This document shows, one piece after another, positions 47,811-58,209 of a stretch of DNA of 64,000 nucleotides (positions are counted from its first letter, which is position 1; the number at the start of each line of letters is the position of its first letter). The stretch is from an uncultured Gemmatimonadales bacterium (GTDB lineage: Bacteria; Gemmatimonadota; Gemmatimonadetes; Longimicrobiales; RSA9): assembly GCA_963708135.1 (NCBI GenBank), contig OY970192.1, positions 1,856,001 to 1,920,000 on the forward strand, read 5' to 3'. Under the pieces are notes generated by a model. That model made no database searches. It worked only from the letters and a program-made list of their open reading frames with translations, and was not told the origin of the DNA. Both the position numbers and the translations under genes were made by a program.

Positions 47811-48500
47811 TTAGCCACCTTCGCTCTCCACCATGCGGAGGTGGCGCGCCTCGCGGGGGCCCGTGCCCTCCGAACGCTGCGGCACTGGGATCGTCCGCCC
47901 GGAACCGGGCGAAGGGAGGCGGTCCTCAGCGATCCGCGCGAGCGCCAGGTAATAGGCTACCTCGGCGATGCTGTCACGGACGTCGAGCGCCTCGAGGTAG
48001 AGCTCGACGGCCTCGGTGAACGGCATCTCCTTCTCGAGCAGCTCCACGAAGTCGAGCGCGTTCTCGACGTGTTGCTCGAGGAGCGCTACCTCGGTGCGGG
48101 CGGCGGCCAGTTCCACCCAGCGTCGGAGCTCGTCGTTGACGCGGCCCTTGAGGCGCTGCCGCAGCTGCCGGAAAAACGAGCGACCGCCCGTCTCCTCCTC
48201 CGACTCCGGTGGCTCCGCTTCAGGGATGGACTCCGGCCACCCGGCCGTGTCCGCGCGTTCGCCGATGATGGCCAGGGCCCGCGTGGTGATGGTGCGGGCC
48301 TCGTCATCGGAGAGGCGGAGCAGCCGCGTGTAGATGGCGAGCGCGCCCTCGAAGGGGACCTGCTCGCCGATCAGCTCGATAAGCCTGAGGATGTTGTCGA
48401 CATGGGAGCTTAGGAGTCGTTCCTGCGCTACCGCGACCGCGAGCTCGACCCGCCGGCGGAGCGGCTCGGAGAGGTCCCGGGACGCGAAGGGGTTTTTCAC
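47811..48500 (-). CDS. Hypothetical helical protein with an internally duplicated domain
   Basis: LRRRVELAVAVAQERLLSSHVDNIL vs LRRWVELAAARTEVALLEQHVENAL; GTG start assumed. Confidence 0.7.
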   Translation of the reverse strand: MKNPFASRDLSEPLRRRVELAVAVAQERLLSSHVDNILRLIELIGEQVPFEGALAIYTRLLRLSDDEARTITTRALAIIGERADTAGWPESIPEAEPPESEEETGGRSFFRQLRQRLKGRVNDELRRWVELAAARTEVALLEQHVENALDFVELLEKEMPFTEAVELYLEALDVRDSIAEVAYYLALARIAEDRLPSPGSGRTIPVPQRSEGTGPREARHLRMVESEGG

Positions 48501-48591
48501 GAAAATCGCCTCCGACTGAGCGATGAGAATCCGACGTTCTTGATGGTCCGGCCGGGGGCTCAAGTCGCAATTTCCGTTCCCTGCCCCTCCT

Positions 48592-50025
48592 TCAGGAAAG
48601 GGCCCTGCGCGCGGCGGCGAGCTGGGCCAGAACGGCGCCGCGGCCCGTCCCGCCGGGCACGCCCCGGGCATCGACGGACGCCGCGGCGCTGAGGGTCGGG
48701 CGGCCGCCCTGCACGAAGGCGGGATGGGCGTCCCGCCACGCCTCATCGGGCAGCTGCGCGAGCGGGACCCCGCGCTCGTCGGCGGCGCGCAGCAGGCGGC
48801 CGACCGCGCCATGGGCCTCGCGGAAGGGCACACCGCGGCGTACCAGCTCGTCGGCGAGATCGGTGGCGAGAAGGCCCTCGTCCTCGGCCGCCGCGGCGGT
48901 TCGCTCGGCCAGGATCTCGATGCCGGCCACCGTCTCTCGGGTGGCGGGGAGCAGGAGCAGGAGCGCGTCGACCGCGCCGAAGAGCAGCGTCTTGTCCTCC
49001 TGCAGATCCTTGCTGTACCCGGAGGGCAGGCCCTTGAGCATGGCGAGGGCGGCGGCGACATCGCCCGCCAGGCGAGCGGCCTTGCCGCGCGCCAGCTCGA
49101 GGCCGTCCGGATTGCGCTTCTGCGGCATGAGGCTGGAGCCGGTCGTGTAGGCCTCCGGAAGCCTGAGGAAGCCGAACTCCTCCGAGGAGTAGAGGATCAG
49201 GTCCTCGGCCAGGCGGGAGAGGTGCCCGGCCGTGAGCGCCGCGACGAAGACCAGCTCCACGACCCAGTCGCGGTCCCCGACCGCGTCGAGCGAGTTCTCC
49301 GAGACCGCGCGGAAGCCGAGCAGCTCCTTCAGGAGCGTGCGGTCCACGGGGAAGCCCGAGCCGGCAAGGGCGGCGGACCCGAGCGGCAGCGTGGAGGTGC
49401 GGCAGAGCGCGTCCGAGAGGCGCCGCCGATCGCGCTCGAGCGGCCAGAAATGGGAGAGCAGCCAGTGCGCGGCGCGCACCGGCTGGGCGCGGCGGAGGTG
49501 GGTGTAGGCGGGGATGAGCACATCGACGGAGGCGGCGGCCTTCTCCACGAGGGCCGAGCCCAGCGCGCGGAGCTCGTCGTCCAGCCGCTGGCCCGCCCGC
49601 AGTGCCCACAGGCGAGAGTCGGTGGCCACCTGGTCGTTCCGGGAGCGGCCGGTGTGCAGCTTCCCGGCCACGTCGCCGACCTCCTCGTAGAGGAGCCGCT
49701 CCACGAGCGTGTGGATGTCTTCGTCGGCGGCGCCGATGGCCGCTCCGTCGGCCAAACGCCGGGCCACGCGGGCGAGCCCGTGGTCGAGCGTCTGCGCCTC
49801 GTCGCGGGTCAGCACGCCGGCCCGCGTCAGCGCCTGCACCCATGCCCGGCTGGCCTCCACGTCTTCCGGCCAGAGGCGCTGGTCGACCTCCAGGCTCCGG
49901 TTCAGCTCGTCCAGGGCCGGCGCCGGGGGGACGCTGTAGCGCCCGCCCCAGAGCCGGTGCGTCCCCTGGTTCGCGGCTCTCTGGCCGCCGCGGCCCGTCG
50001 TGGTCTCGCCGTCAGCGTGGCCCAT
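48592..50025 (-). CDS. argH: Argininosuccinate lyase
   Basis: LWGGRY, HTGRSRNDQV, GSSLMPQKRNPD, YSKDLQEDK. Confidence 0.97.
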   Translation of the reverse strand: MGHADGETTTGRGGQRAANQGTHRLWGGRYSVPPAPALDELNRSLEVDQRLWPEDVEASRAWVQALTRAGVLTRDEAQTLDHGLARVARRLADGAAIGAADEDIHTLVERLLYEEVGDVAGKLHTGRSRNDQVATDSRLWALRAGQRLDDELRALGSALVEKAAASVDVLIPAYTHLRRAQPVRAAHWLLSHFWPLERDRRRLSDALCRTSTLPLGSAALAGSGFPVDRTLLKELLGFRAVSENSLDAVGDRDWVVELVFVAALTAGHLSRLAEDLILYSSEEFGFLRLPEAYTTGSSLMPQKRNPDGLELARGKAARLAGDVAAALAMLKGLPSGYSKDLQEDKTLLFGAVDALLLLLPATRETVAGIEILAERTAAAAEDEGLLATDLADELVRRGVPFREAHGAVGRLLRAADERGVPLAQLPDEAWRDAHPAFVQGGRPTLSAAASVDARGVPGGTGRGAVLAQLAAARRALS

Positions 50026-50046
50026 GGCCGATCCCTCCGGTCCCGC

Positions 50047-51336
<1,290 letters not shown>

Positions 51337-51362
51337 CCCTTTACCCTCCATCGGGGGCGAGA

Positions 51363-51941
51363 TCAGAAGTCGAGATCGCGAATCACCGCGATCTCCCGAC
51401 AGGTTGTACGCCTGGCGCAGCCGGCACAGTCGGCCGCGATCTTTTCCGGCAGCGTGGCGATCGGCTCGATCCGGAACCCCTGCCGCTGGAAGAAGCCCTC
51501 CTGCAGCGTGAGCGCGAACACCCGCCGGATCCCCAGCTGCCCCGCCTCTGCCACCACAGCCTCCACCAGGGAGCGCCCGAGTCCCTGCCCGTGACAGCGC
51601 TCCGCGACCGCCAGCCCGCAGACCTCCGCCAGCCGCGGCGAGTAAAGCCGCAGCCCGGCGCAGCCGACGATCCCCCGCGCGTCCACCGCCACCGTGAACT
51701 CGCGGATGTGGCGGCACACCTGCTCCGGCGTGCGCGGCAACAGGAGCCCCTGGCGCGCAAAGCCGTCCAGCAGCGCGTGCAGCTCCGGCGCGTCCGCGGG
51801 GCGCGCGCCCCGCAAGAGCGCCAGCGGCGACGCGGCCACGGCAGTGCCCGCATGCACGGCAACGCCCACCCCGGTCACCGCCAGCGGCCGAAGCGGCAGC
51901 TCGAAGCCGTCCTCCAGCACCCAGCGCAGTGCCGTGCTCAC
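51363..51941 (-). CDS. argA: Short GNAT-type N-acetylglutamate synthase
   Basis: [32 protein letters not shown]...C; located inside the arg operon. Confidence 0.8.
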   Translation of the reverse strand: MSTALRWVLEDGFELPLRPLAVTGVGVAVHAGTAVAASPLALLRGARPADAPELHALLDGFARQGLLLPRTPEQVCRHIREFTVAVDARGIVGCAGLRLYSPRLAEVCGLAVAERCHGQGLGRSLVEAVVAEAGQLGIRRVFALTLQEGFFQRQGFRIEPIATLPEKIAADCAGCARRTTCREIAVIRDLDF

Positions 51942-53167
51942 GAGAGCACCTCCGACAGGATGGCGAGCCCCGTCTCCAGTTCGGACTCCGAGATCGAAAG
52001 CGGGGGAAGCAGCCGGACCACCTTCTCACCCGCCGAGATGACCAGCAGGCCCCGCTCGAGCGCAGCCGCGATGAGCGGCGCGGCCGGGACCGAGAGCTCG
52101 ATGCCCCACATGAGACCCCGCCCGCGCACGGCCACGACCGGACCGCCGCCCGCGCGCAGCGCCTCCAGCGCCGCCGCAACGCGTGCTCCGCGGGCACGCA
52201 CGTCCGCCAGGAACGCCGGCGCCGCCACTCGCCCAATGACCTCCAGCGCCACCCGCGAGACGAGAGGGCCGCCGCCGAAGGTGGTCGCGTGATCTCCGGG
52301 CTGGATGGCCGACGCGATCTCCTCCGTCAGCAGCACGGCCCCCATCGGCAGTCCGCCCGCCAGCGGCTTGGCCAGCGTCAGCAGGTCCGGCCGCACGCCC
52401 GAGGCCTCGTAGGCGAACAGGTGGCCGGTCCGGCCGAGCCCGCACTGCACCTCGTCGAAGATGAGCGCGGCCCCGGCCTCGTCCGCCAGCGCGCGCAGGA
52501 ACGCCAGCCACGCATCCGGCAGCGGATGGATCCCGCCCTCGCCCTGCACCGGCTCGGCGATGATCGCCGCCGTGCGCTCCGCCGAGACCGCGGCCCGCGC
52601 GCCCGCCTCGTCGCCCACCTCGATGAAGCGGACGCCCGGCATCAGCGGCGCGAAGGGCGCCTGGTAGCCGGGCCGGTCCGTCGCGGCGAGCGAGCCGAAG
52701 AGGCGGCCGTGGAAGGCACCGCGCAGGGCGACGATCTCGTGCCTGGCCTCGCCGCCGCGCGCCCGCGCCCACCGGCGCGCGAACTTGAACGCCGCCTCGT
52801 TGGCCTCCGCCCCCGAGTTGCAGAAGAACACGCGGTCCGCGAACGAGCGCGCCACGAGCTCCGCCGCCAGCTCGGCGGCCGGCCGCGTGCGGTACAGGTT
52901 CGAGAGGTGGATGATCCCGGACGACACGGCCGTCGCGAACGCCTCCGCGATCCCGTCGTCGCCGTAGCCCAGCGCGTTCACGCCGATCCCGGCCGTGAAG
53001 TCCACGTACTCCCGGCCCGCCTCGTCGTAGAGCCGCGCGCCCTCGCCCCACGAGAACTCCGGCGCCGCCGGGCGGTAGACACCGAGCAGCGCAGCGCGGG
53101 AATCCGAAGCCGTCGCCGACGCGGGCGCCGCCGCCCCGTGGGAGGCCACCTTCAGCTTCGTCGTCAC
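51938..53167 (-). CDS. argD: Acetylornithine aminotransferase
   Basis: [38 protein letters not shown]. Confidence 0.93.
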   Translation of the reverse strand: MTTKLKVASHGAAAPASATASDSRAALLGVYRPAAPEFSWGEGARLYDEAGREYVDFTAGIGVNALGYGDDGIAEAFATAVSSGIIHLSNLYRTRPAAELAAELVARSFADRVFFCNSGAEANEAAFKFARRWARARGGEARHEIVALRGAFHGRLFGSLAATDRPGYQAPFAPLMPGVRFIEVGDEAGARAAVSAERTAAIIAEPVQGEGGIHPLPDAWLAFLRALADEAGAALIFDEVQCGLGRTGHLFAYEASGVRPDLLTLAKPLAGGLPMGAVLLTEEIASAIQPGDHATTFGGGPLVSRVALEVIGRVAAPAFLADVRARGARVAAALEALRAGGGPVVAVRGRGLMWGIELSVPAAPLIAAALERGLLVISAGEKVVRLLPPLSISESELETGLAILSEVLS

Positions 53168-53922
53168 GCCGCCACCTCCACCGCCGGCCGCAGCGCGGTC
53201 CCGGCCGTCAGGTCCGTGAGCATCTCGAGACCGCCGATGCGCACCAGGGGCACCCCGGCCTCCAGGGCCGCCAGCGCGGACCGCACCTTCACCGCCATGC
53301 CGCCCGTGGCGACTCCGGCCGCGAGCAGCTCGGCCGCCTCGCTCGACGACAGACAGGCCCGCCAGTCCCTCCCGTCGTGCACTCCCGCCACGTCCGTCAG
53401 GAAGAGAAGCTCGGCCGCCCCCACTGCCACGCCGACCCCCGCCGCCACCTCGTCCGCGTTCACGTTCAGCGAGCCATCCTCGCCCCGCGAGATCGGCGAC
53501 ACCACGGGCGTGTGCCCGTGCGCCAGCAGGAGCTCCAGCAGCTGCGCCCGCACACCGCGAAGCTCGCCCACCCGGCCCAGCACGCCGCCATCCCGGGCGC
53601 TCGCCGCCAGCAGGCCGCCATCCTCCCCGGAGAGACCCACCGCATCCACGCCCGCGCCGAGCAGCGCCGCCACCACCCGCTTGTTGACCCGCCCGTTCAG
53701 CACCATGGCCGCCACGTCCAGCATCTCTGGCGTCGTCACCCGCCGGCCATCCACCCACGAGACCGGGATCGCCAGCCTCTCCGCCAGCCCGCTGATCTCC
53801 GGCCCACCGCCGTGCACCACCACCAGCGGACGCGCCGCCTCCCCCGCATGCGCCGCGAAGCGGGCCAGCCACTCGGCGTCACCCAGCACGCTCCCACCGA
53901 TCTTCACCACGAAAGGAGTCAC
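53164..53922 (-). CDS. argB: Acetylglutamate kinase
   Basis: VVKIGGS, VHGGGP, GRRVT, NVNAD, GGMAVK. Confidence 0.95.
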   Translation of the reverse strand: MTPFVVKIGGSVLGDAEWLARFAAHAGEAARPLVVVHGGGPEISGLAERLAIPVSWVDGRRVTTPEMLDVAAMVLNGRVNKRVVAALLGAGVDAVGLSGEDGGLLAASARDGGVLGRVGELRGVRAQLLELLLAHGHTPVVSPISRGEDGSLNVNADEVAAGVGVAVGAAELLFLTDVAGVHDGRDWRACLSSSEAAELLAAGVATGGMAVKVRSALAALEAGVPLVRIGGLEMLTDLTAGTALRPAVEVAA

Positions 53923-54887
53923 AGCGGCAGACCCTCCAGCTCGTCGAAGCCCAGCATCAGGTTCGCGTTCTGCACGGCCTGGCCGGCCGCGCCCTTCACG
54001 AGGTTGTCGATCGATACCACCACCAGCAACGTCGGCGCATCCACGGACACGTCCGAGAAGCCCACCACCGCCACGTTCCGGCCCACGCTAGCCCTCAGAC
54101 CCGGCGTCCCCTCCCGCCACACCTCCACGCACGGCTCGTCGCCGTATGCGTCCCCCCATGCCGCCGCCGCCTCCGCCGCCGAGAACGGCGCCCGCAGCGG
54201 CAGCACCATCGTCGCCAGGATCCCGCGCCGCACCGGCAGCAGGTGCGGCGTGAAGACGAACGGAACCGCCGCCCCGTCGCCGAGCCGCGCCAGACCGGCC
54301 CGGATCTCCGGCACGTGCCGGTGGCGGTTGCCGACGCCGTACGCCCGGTAGTCCTCCGCCACCTCGCCGAACAGCATGTCGCGCTTCGCCGCCCGCCCCG
54401 CGCCCGTCACGCCCGAGGCCGCATCGATCACCACCGCACGCCCCTCCTCCAGCAGCCCGAACCGCGCCGCCGGCGCCAACCCCAGCAGGATCGCCGTCGG
54501 GTAGCACCCCGGATTCGCCACCACGTCCGCTCCCGCCACCTCGTCCCGCCACAGCTCCGTCAGCCCGTAGACCGCGCCCGACGAGCCATCCCGCAGGTCC
54601 GCCGAGAGATCCACCACCTTCGTGCCCGCGCGCGCCGCCCGCTCCGCCCACGCGCCCGACTCCCCCGTCGGCAGACACGTGAACACCACGTCTACCTCGC
54701 CCAGCGGCGCCTCGGCCACCGGGATGTAACGGAGCCCGCTCCCCGCGACGGCCGCGCCCGTCTCCGACTCGGACGTGGCGAAGCCCGCCTCCAGGCGCGG
54801 GTGGCGGCGCAAAAGGGCCAGGATCTCCTGGCCCGAGTAGCCGGTTGCCCCGACCACACCGGCCCGGGCAGCGCGTTTATTCATCAT
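53919..54887 (-). CDS. argC: N-acetyl-gamma-glutamyl-phosphate reductase
   Basis: GATGYSG, ANPGCYPT, SGVTGAG, HRHVPEI, DNLVKGAAGQAVQN. Confidence 0.96.
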   Translation of the reverse strand: MMNKRAARAGVVGATGYSGQEILALLRRHPRLEAGFATSESETGAAVAGSGLRYIPVAEAPLGEVDVVFTCLPTGESGAWAERAARAGTKVVDLSADLRDGSSGAVYGLTELWRDEVAGADVVANPGCYPTAILLGLAPAARFGLLEEGRAVVIDAASGVTGAGRAAKRDMLFGEVAEDYRAYGVGNRHRHVPEIRAGLARLGDGAAVPFVFTPHLLPVRRGILATMVLPLRAPFSAAEAAAAWGDAYGDEPCVEVWREGTPGLRASVGRNVAVVGFSDVSVDAPTLLVVVSIDNLVKGAAGQAVQNANLMLGFDELEGLPL

Positions 54888-54889
54888 TC

Positions 54890-54905
54890 TTGCATAATTA
54901 TACAA
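54890..54905. promoter_or_regulatory. ARG box (ArgR operator)
   Basis: AT-rich palindrome TTGTATAATTATGCAA overlapping the -10 box; argR is adjacent. Confidence 0.8.
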
Positions 54906-54926
54906 CCCGCCGGCGCGCGCGGTCAA
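54897..54926 (-). promoter_or_regulatory. Sigma70 promoter of the argCBDAGH operon
   Basis: TTGACC-N18-TATAAT; ATG 9 nt after the -10 box. Confidence 0.75.
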
Positions 54927-55134
54927 GGGTCGAGCGATGCCTGCGCCCTGCGGACGGAGCAGGCGGCGAGGGCCCTGGCCGGGGACGGCGGTGCCGAGGA
55001 GAAGATATTCAGGGGGGGTCCGTCACCGCGCGTGTGGCGTGAGGCCCACGCGTGAGCGCTCGGCGGTGGTCCGGCTTTGCCGGGAGTGCGGGCAGGAGCG
55101 GCCGGGGCGGCGTGCTCGCGGGCGGAGCGGGGCG

Positions 55135-55593
55135 TCAGTCCCGGAGTCCGGCGAGCTCCTCGATGCGGGTCTGGACGGTGGCGAGGTGGGCGGCGTCGCG
55201 GAGGACGACGAGGATGGTGTCGTCGCCTGCGATGGTTCCGAGGACCTCGGGCCATTCCTCCCAGTCGAGGGCGACGGCGACGGGTTGGGCACCGCCCTGA
55301 AGGGTGCGGACGATGAGGAGGTTGCCTGTGCCCTCGGCGTCGACCAGGAGGGTGCCGAGCAGGCGCTCGAGGGGAGGCGTCTGCTCCCACTCCTCGGGGG
55401 GAAGCGTGTAGTGGGTGCCGCCCTCGGCGTCGGGCACCTTGATCAGGCGGAGCTCGCGGATGTCGCGGGAGAGGGTGGCCTGCGTGACGTCCACGCCGCG
55501 CTCGGCGAGTGCCTCGCGGAGGTGCTCCTGGCTGGTGAAGCGGTTGCTGCGGACCAGCTCTCGGATGGCGATGTGGCGCTCGTACTTGGCCAT
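55135..55593 (-). CDS. argR: Arginine repressor
   Basis: SQEHL, VTQATLSRDIREL, GTIAGDDT. Confidence 0.96.
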   Translation of the reverse strand: MAKYERHIAIRELVRSNRFTSQEHLREALAERGVDVTQATLSRDIRELRLIKVPDAEGGTHYTLPPEEWEQTPPLERLLGTLLVDAEGTGNLLIVRTLQGGAQPVAVALDWEEWPEVLGTIAGDDTILVVLRDAAHLATVQTRIEELAGLRD

Positions 55594-55620
55594 GGGCTCC
55601 GGGGGTGGGTCGGGCCGCGC

Positions 55621-56082
55621 TCAGGCGGGCACGACGTAGACGTAGCCGAGCAGCCCGCCGTAGAGGACGTGGGCGAGCACGATGGCGATCGGGGTGGCGG
55701 CGCCGAGGTTCCTGCCGAAGAAGCCGGGGTGCACGCCGTCCGGGGCGCAGCGGGCGCCGCGCGCGAGCCAGGGCAGCGCCGCGCCGGCGGCGAGGGCGTG
55801 GAGCCCGCCGAGCAGGATGCCGAGCCCGGCATCCGCGCGCCCGGCGCGGGCGAAGACGAGCGCGTAGCCGGCCGGGAAGACGAAGGTGCCGAGGCCGAGG
55901 TGGAGGCCGAGGCCGACGGCGGCGGACAGCCAGCGAGGTCGGGCCACGACCAGGCAGCCGAGCAGTCGCGCGGGACGCAGGCGGGTGATCCCGCTGCCGG
56001 CGGCCACGGCGGCCACCCAGGTCACCGCGAGCGTGGCGGCCAGGCCGGACCAGGCGAGCAGCGTCCAGGCGACGTCGGTCAT
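55621..56082 (-). CDS. Four-TM membrane protein, unknown function
   Basis: Hydrophobic helices with His residues (LGLHLG, GGLHAL, LAHVLYG); PGFFG. Confidence 0.7.
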   Translation of the reverse strand: MTDVAWTLLAWSGLAATLAVTWVAAVAAGSGITRLRPARLLGCLVVARPRWLSAAVGLGLHLGLGTFVFPAGYALVFARAGRADAGLGILLGGLHALAAGAALPWLARGARCAPDGVHPGFFGRNLGAATPIAIVLAHVLYGGLLGYVYVVPA

Positions 56083-56245
56083 CGTCCGTCCAGGGGCCTC
56101 GGGAGAGAGATCGGGCCGACGCGGGGCCCGTTCGGCGCGCGACGAAGCTACCGCGCGGCTCCGCGCCCCGGCAACCCGGGCGGGCGGCGCGGCCCACGCG
56201 GCGTGAAGCTTGCCACGGAGGCGGCGGCGCTTCTTCGGGGGAGGA

Positions 56246-57106
56246 ATGAACGAGCGGATCCTGGCGGTCAACCAGTGGGTGATCGGAGTCTTCTACGGCG
56301 TGCAGGAGTACTTCACGCTGGGAGGCCGCGCGCTGAGATTCGCCTTCAGCCGGCCCTTCTACTTCCGGGACCTGCTCCGGCAGATGGACCAGATCGGCGT
56401 CGGCTCCCTGCCGCCGCTCATCCTGACCGGGATGTTTACCGGGATGGTGCTGGCGCTCCAGACCGCCGTGCAGCTCCAGCTGATCGGCGCGGAGTCGCTG
56501 CTCGGCAACCTGGTGGGCGAGGCGCTGATCCGGGAGGCGGCGCCGGTGCTGTCAGCGCTCATGATCGCCGGCCGCGTCGCCTCGGGCATCGCCGCGGAGC
56601 TCGGCGCGATGCGCGTGAGCGAGCAGATCGACGCGCTCCAGACGTTCGGCACCGATCCGATCCGCAAGCTCGTCACCCCCCGCATCCTGGCCGGCATGAT
56701 CATGGTCCCGGTGCTCACCATCATCACCGTGGCCATCGGCGCCTTCGGTGGCCTCATCGTGGCGGTCCTGAAGGGGGTCGTGGCGCCGGACGTCTACGTC
56801 AACGGCGTCATCAGCGCGCTGGCGCGCAAGGACTTCATCTTCGGCTTCTTCCCGCTGATCCTGCTGCTGGTCATCGTGAAGCCGCTCGTCTTCGGGCTGA
56901 TCATCACCCTCTCCGGCGCCTACTACGGCCTCGAGGCGAGCGGCGGCGGCGAGGGCGTGGGCCGCGCCACCACGCGCGCCATGGTCCTCTCCTTCGTCCT
57001 CATCCTGGTCAGCGACTTCTTCCTGACCTTCGTGCTGTCGACGCTCTTCAACCTGATCCGCTACGGCGGGCTCAAGCACCCGGGCAACGCGAGCGCGGGC
57101 GCCTGA
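56246..57106 (+). CDS. mlaE: MlaE-family ABC transporter permease
   Basis: REAAPVLSALMIAGRVASGIAAELGAMRVSEQIDAL, GGEGVGRATT. Confidence 0.9.
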   Translation: MNERILAVNQWVIGVFYGVQEYFTLGGRALRFAFSRPFYFRDLLRQMDQIGVGSLPPLILTGMFTGMVLALQTAVQLQLIGAESLLGNLVGEALIREAAPVLSALMIAGRVASGIAAELGAMRVSEQIDALQTFGTDPIRKLVTPRILAGMIMVPVLTIITVAIGAFGGLIVAVLKGVVAPDVYVNGVISALARKDFIFGFFPLILLLVIVKPLVFGLIITLSGAYYGLEASGGGEGVGRATTRAMVLSFVLILVSDFFLTFVLSTLFNLIRYGGLKHPGNASAGA

Positions 57107-57183
57107 GCCGGGCCATGGCGCGCTGGCCGGCCGATTGCAGTTGATGCGTTCGCCACCAGGCGATGTCCCTCGGAGGAAGAACC

Positions 57184-57753
57184 GTGGCAGAGGTCCTCGT
57201 CCGTTTCGACCGCGTCGTGACCGCGCAGGACGGCAGCGCCCATGCGGCACGCGTGTGCGGCCGGGAGCTGGAGAGCGGACAGTGGGAGGGCTGGATCGAG
57301 TTCGACCCGCGGGAGGGCGGCGGCGTCACGCTGCGGACGCCGCGTGAGACCGTGCAGCCCAACCGCGCCGATCTCGAGTACTGGGCCACCGGTCTCACAC
57401 TCACCTATCTACAGGGCGCGCTGGAGCGGGCCCGCCGCCCGGCCGCCGCCGCGCGCCCTGCCGCGCTGGTTCCGGAACGGCCCGCCTATGATGGGCCCGC
57501 CGTCCCTCCGGCCCCGGTCCCCTGGCCGACAGCCACGCCACCCCGGCGCGCGCCGCTCCTGGATCCGTACGCCGTCTACACGCAGGGAGAGAACGTGCTG
57601 CGGCGCGAGCTGCTCGCCCTGGATGAGGCGCGGCTCCGTGACATCGTGTGGGCCTACGACCTGGTGGGAGAGGTGGAGTGGGACGAGCGCGCCGCGGACC
57701 GGCGTGCGCTGGCGGAGATGATCATCGCCGCCATCCGGAAGAACGCCGGCTGA
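57184..57753 (+). CDS. Hypothetical protein
   Basis: GGAGG RBS then GTG; WEGWIEF, RETVQPNRADLEYWATGL, LLDPYAVY; coherent coding frame. Confidence 0.7.
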   Translation: MAEVLVRFDRVVTAQDGSAHAARVCGRELESGQWEGWIEFDPREGGGVTLRTPRETVQPNRADLEYWATGLTLTYLQGALERARRPAAAARPAALVPERPAYDGPAVPPAPVPWPTATPPRRAPLLDPYAVYTQGENVLRRELLALDEARLRDIVWAYDLVGEVEWDERAADRRALAEMIIAAIRKNAG

Positions 57754-57846
57754 GCGCGCGCTCCACCTCGCCGCGATCGCGGCGCGCTGGCCGTATGGCC
57801 GATGGAACGCCGGCTCCTCACCTCCTGAGGGAATGTTGCCGCCGCC

Positions 57847-57885
57847 AAGCCAGACGGCCATCCGGATCGGATGGCCGTCTGGCTT
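57847..57885. terminator. Perfect 18-bp hairpin immediately 3' of tRNA-Cys (terminator or processing stem, possibly bidirectional)
   Basis: AAGCCAGACGGCCATCCG-gat-CGGATGGCCGTCTGGCTT. Confidence 0.65.
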
Positions 57886-57887
57886 AG

Positions 57888-57959
<72 letters not shown>

Positions 57960-57997
57960 GTAACGGGCGGGGCGACCCCCGGGGGGCCGCGCCGGAG

Positions 57998-58070
57998 ATC
58001 GGGAAACCGGACTCGAACCGGCGACCTTCTGCATGGCAAGCAGACGCTCTGCCAACTGAGCTATTCCCGC
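57998..58070 (-). tRNA. tRNA-Gly (GCC) with a G1:A72 mismatch
   Basis: GCGGGAATAGCTCAGTTGG, TCTGC-TTGCCAT-GCAGA, GGTTCGAGTCC; 3' acceptor strand TTCCCGA. Confidence 0.9.
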
Positions 58071-58086
58071 GCTTCGACAGTTGGGG

Positions 58087-58115
58087 AAGCTAGCCGTCCT
58101 CGGCGATGCGGTCAA
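58087..58115 (-). promoter_or_regulatory. Sigma70 promoter of the tRNA-Gly/tRNA-Cys operon
   Basis: TTGACC-N17-TAGCTT. Confidence 0.7.
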
Positions 58116-58209
58116 CCGCCCGGCCGCGGCCGCGTTCCGGCACGGCGGCGCCTGCCGGGCGCCGGACGGGCGCCGGAGCGGATCCTCGCGCGCGTTCGCC
58201 GATGGGGGC

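Noticed and set aside
51938..54887. LysW-dependent lysine/arginine pathway
   Set aside because: No lysW carrier or lysX/argX ligase; a GNAT ArgA and ArgR point to the acetylated route.
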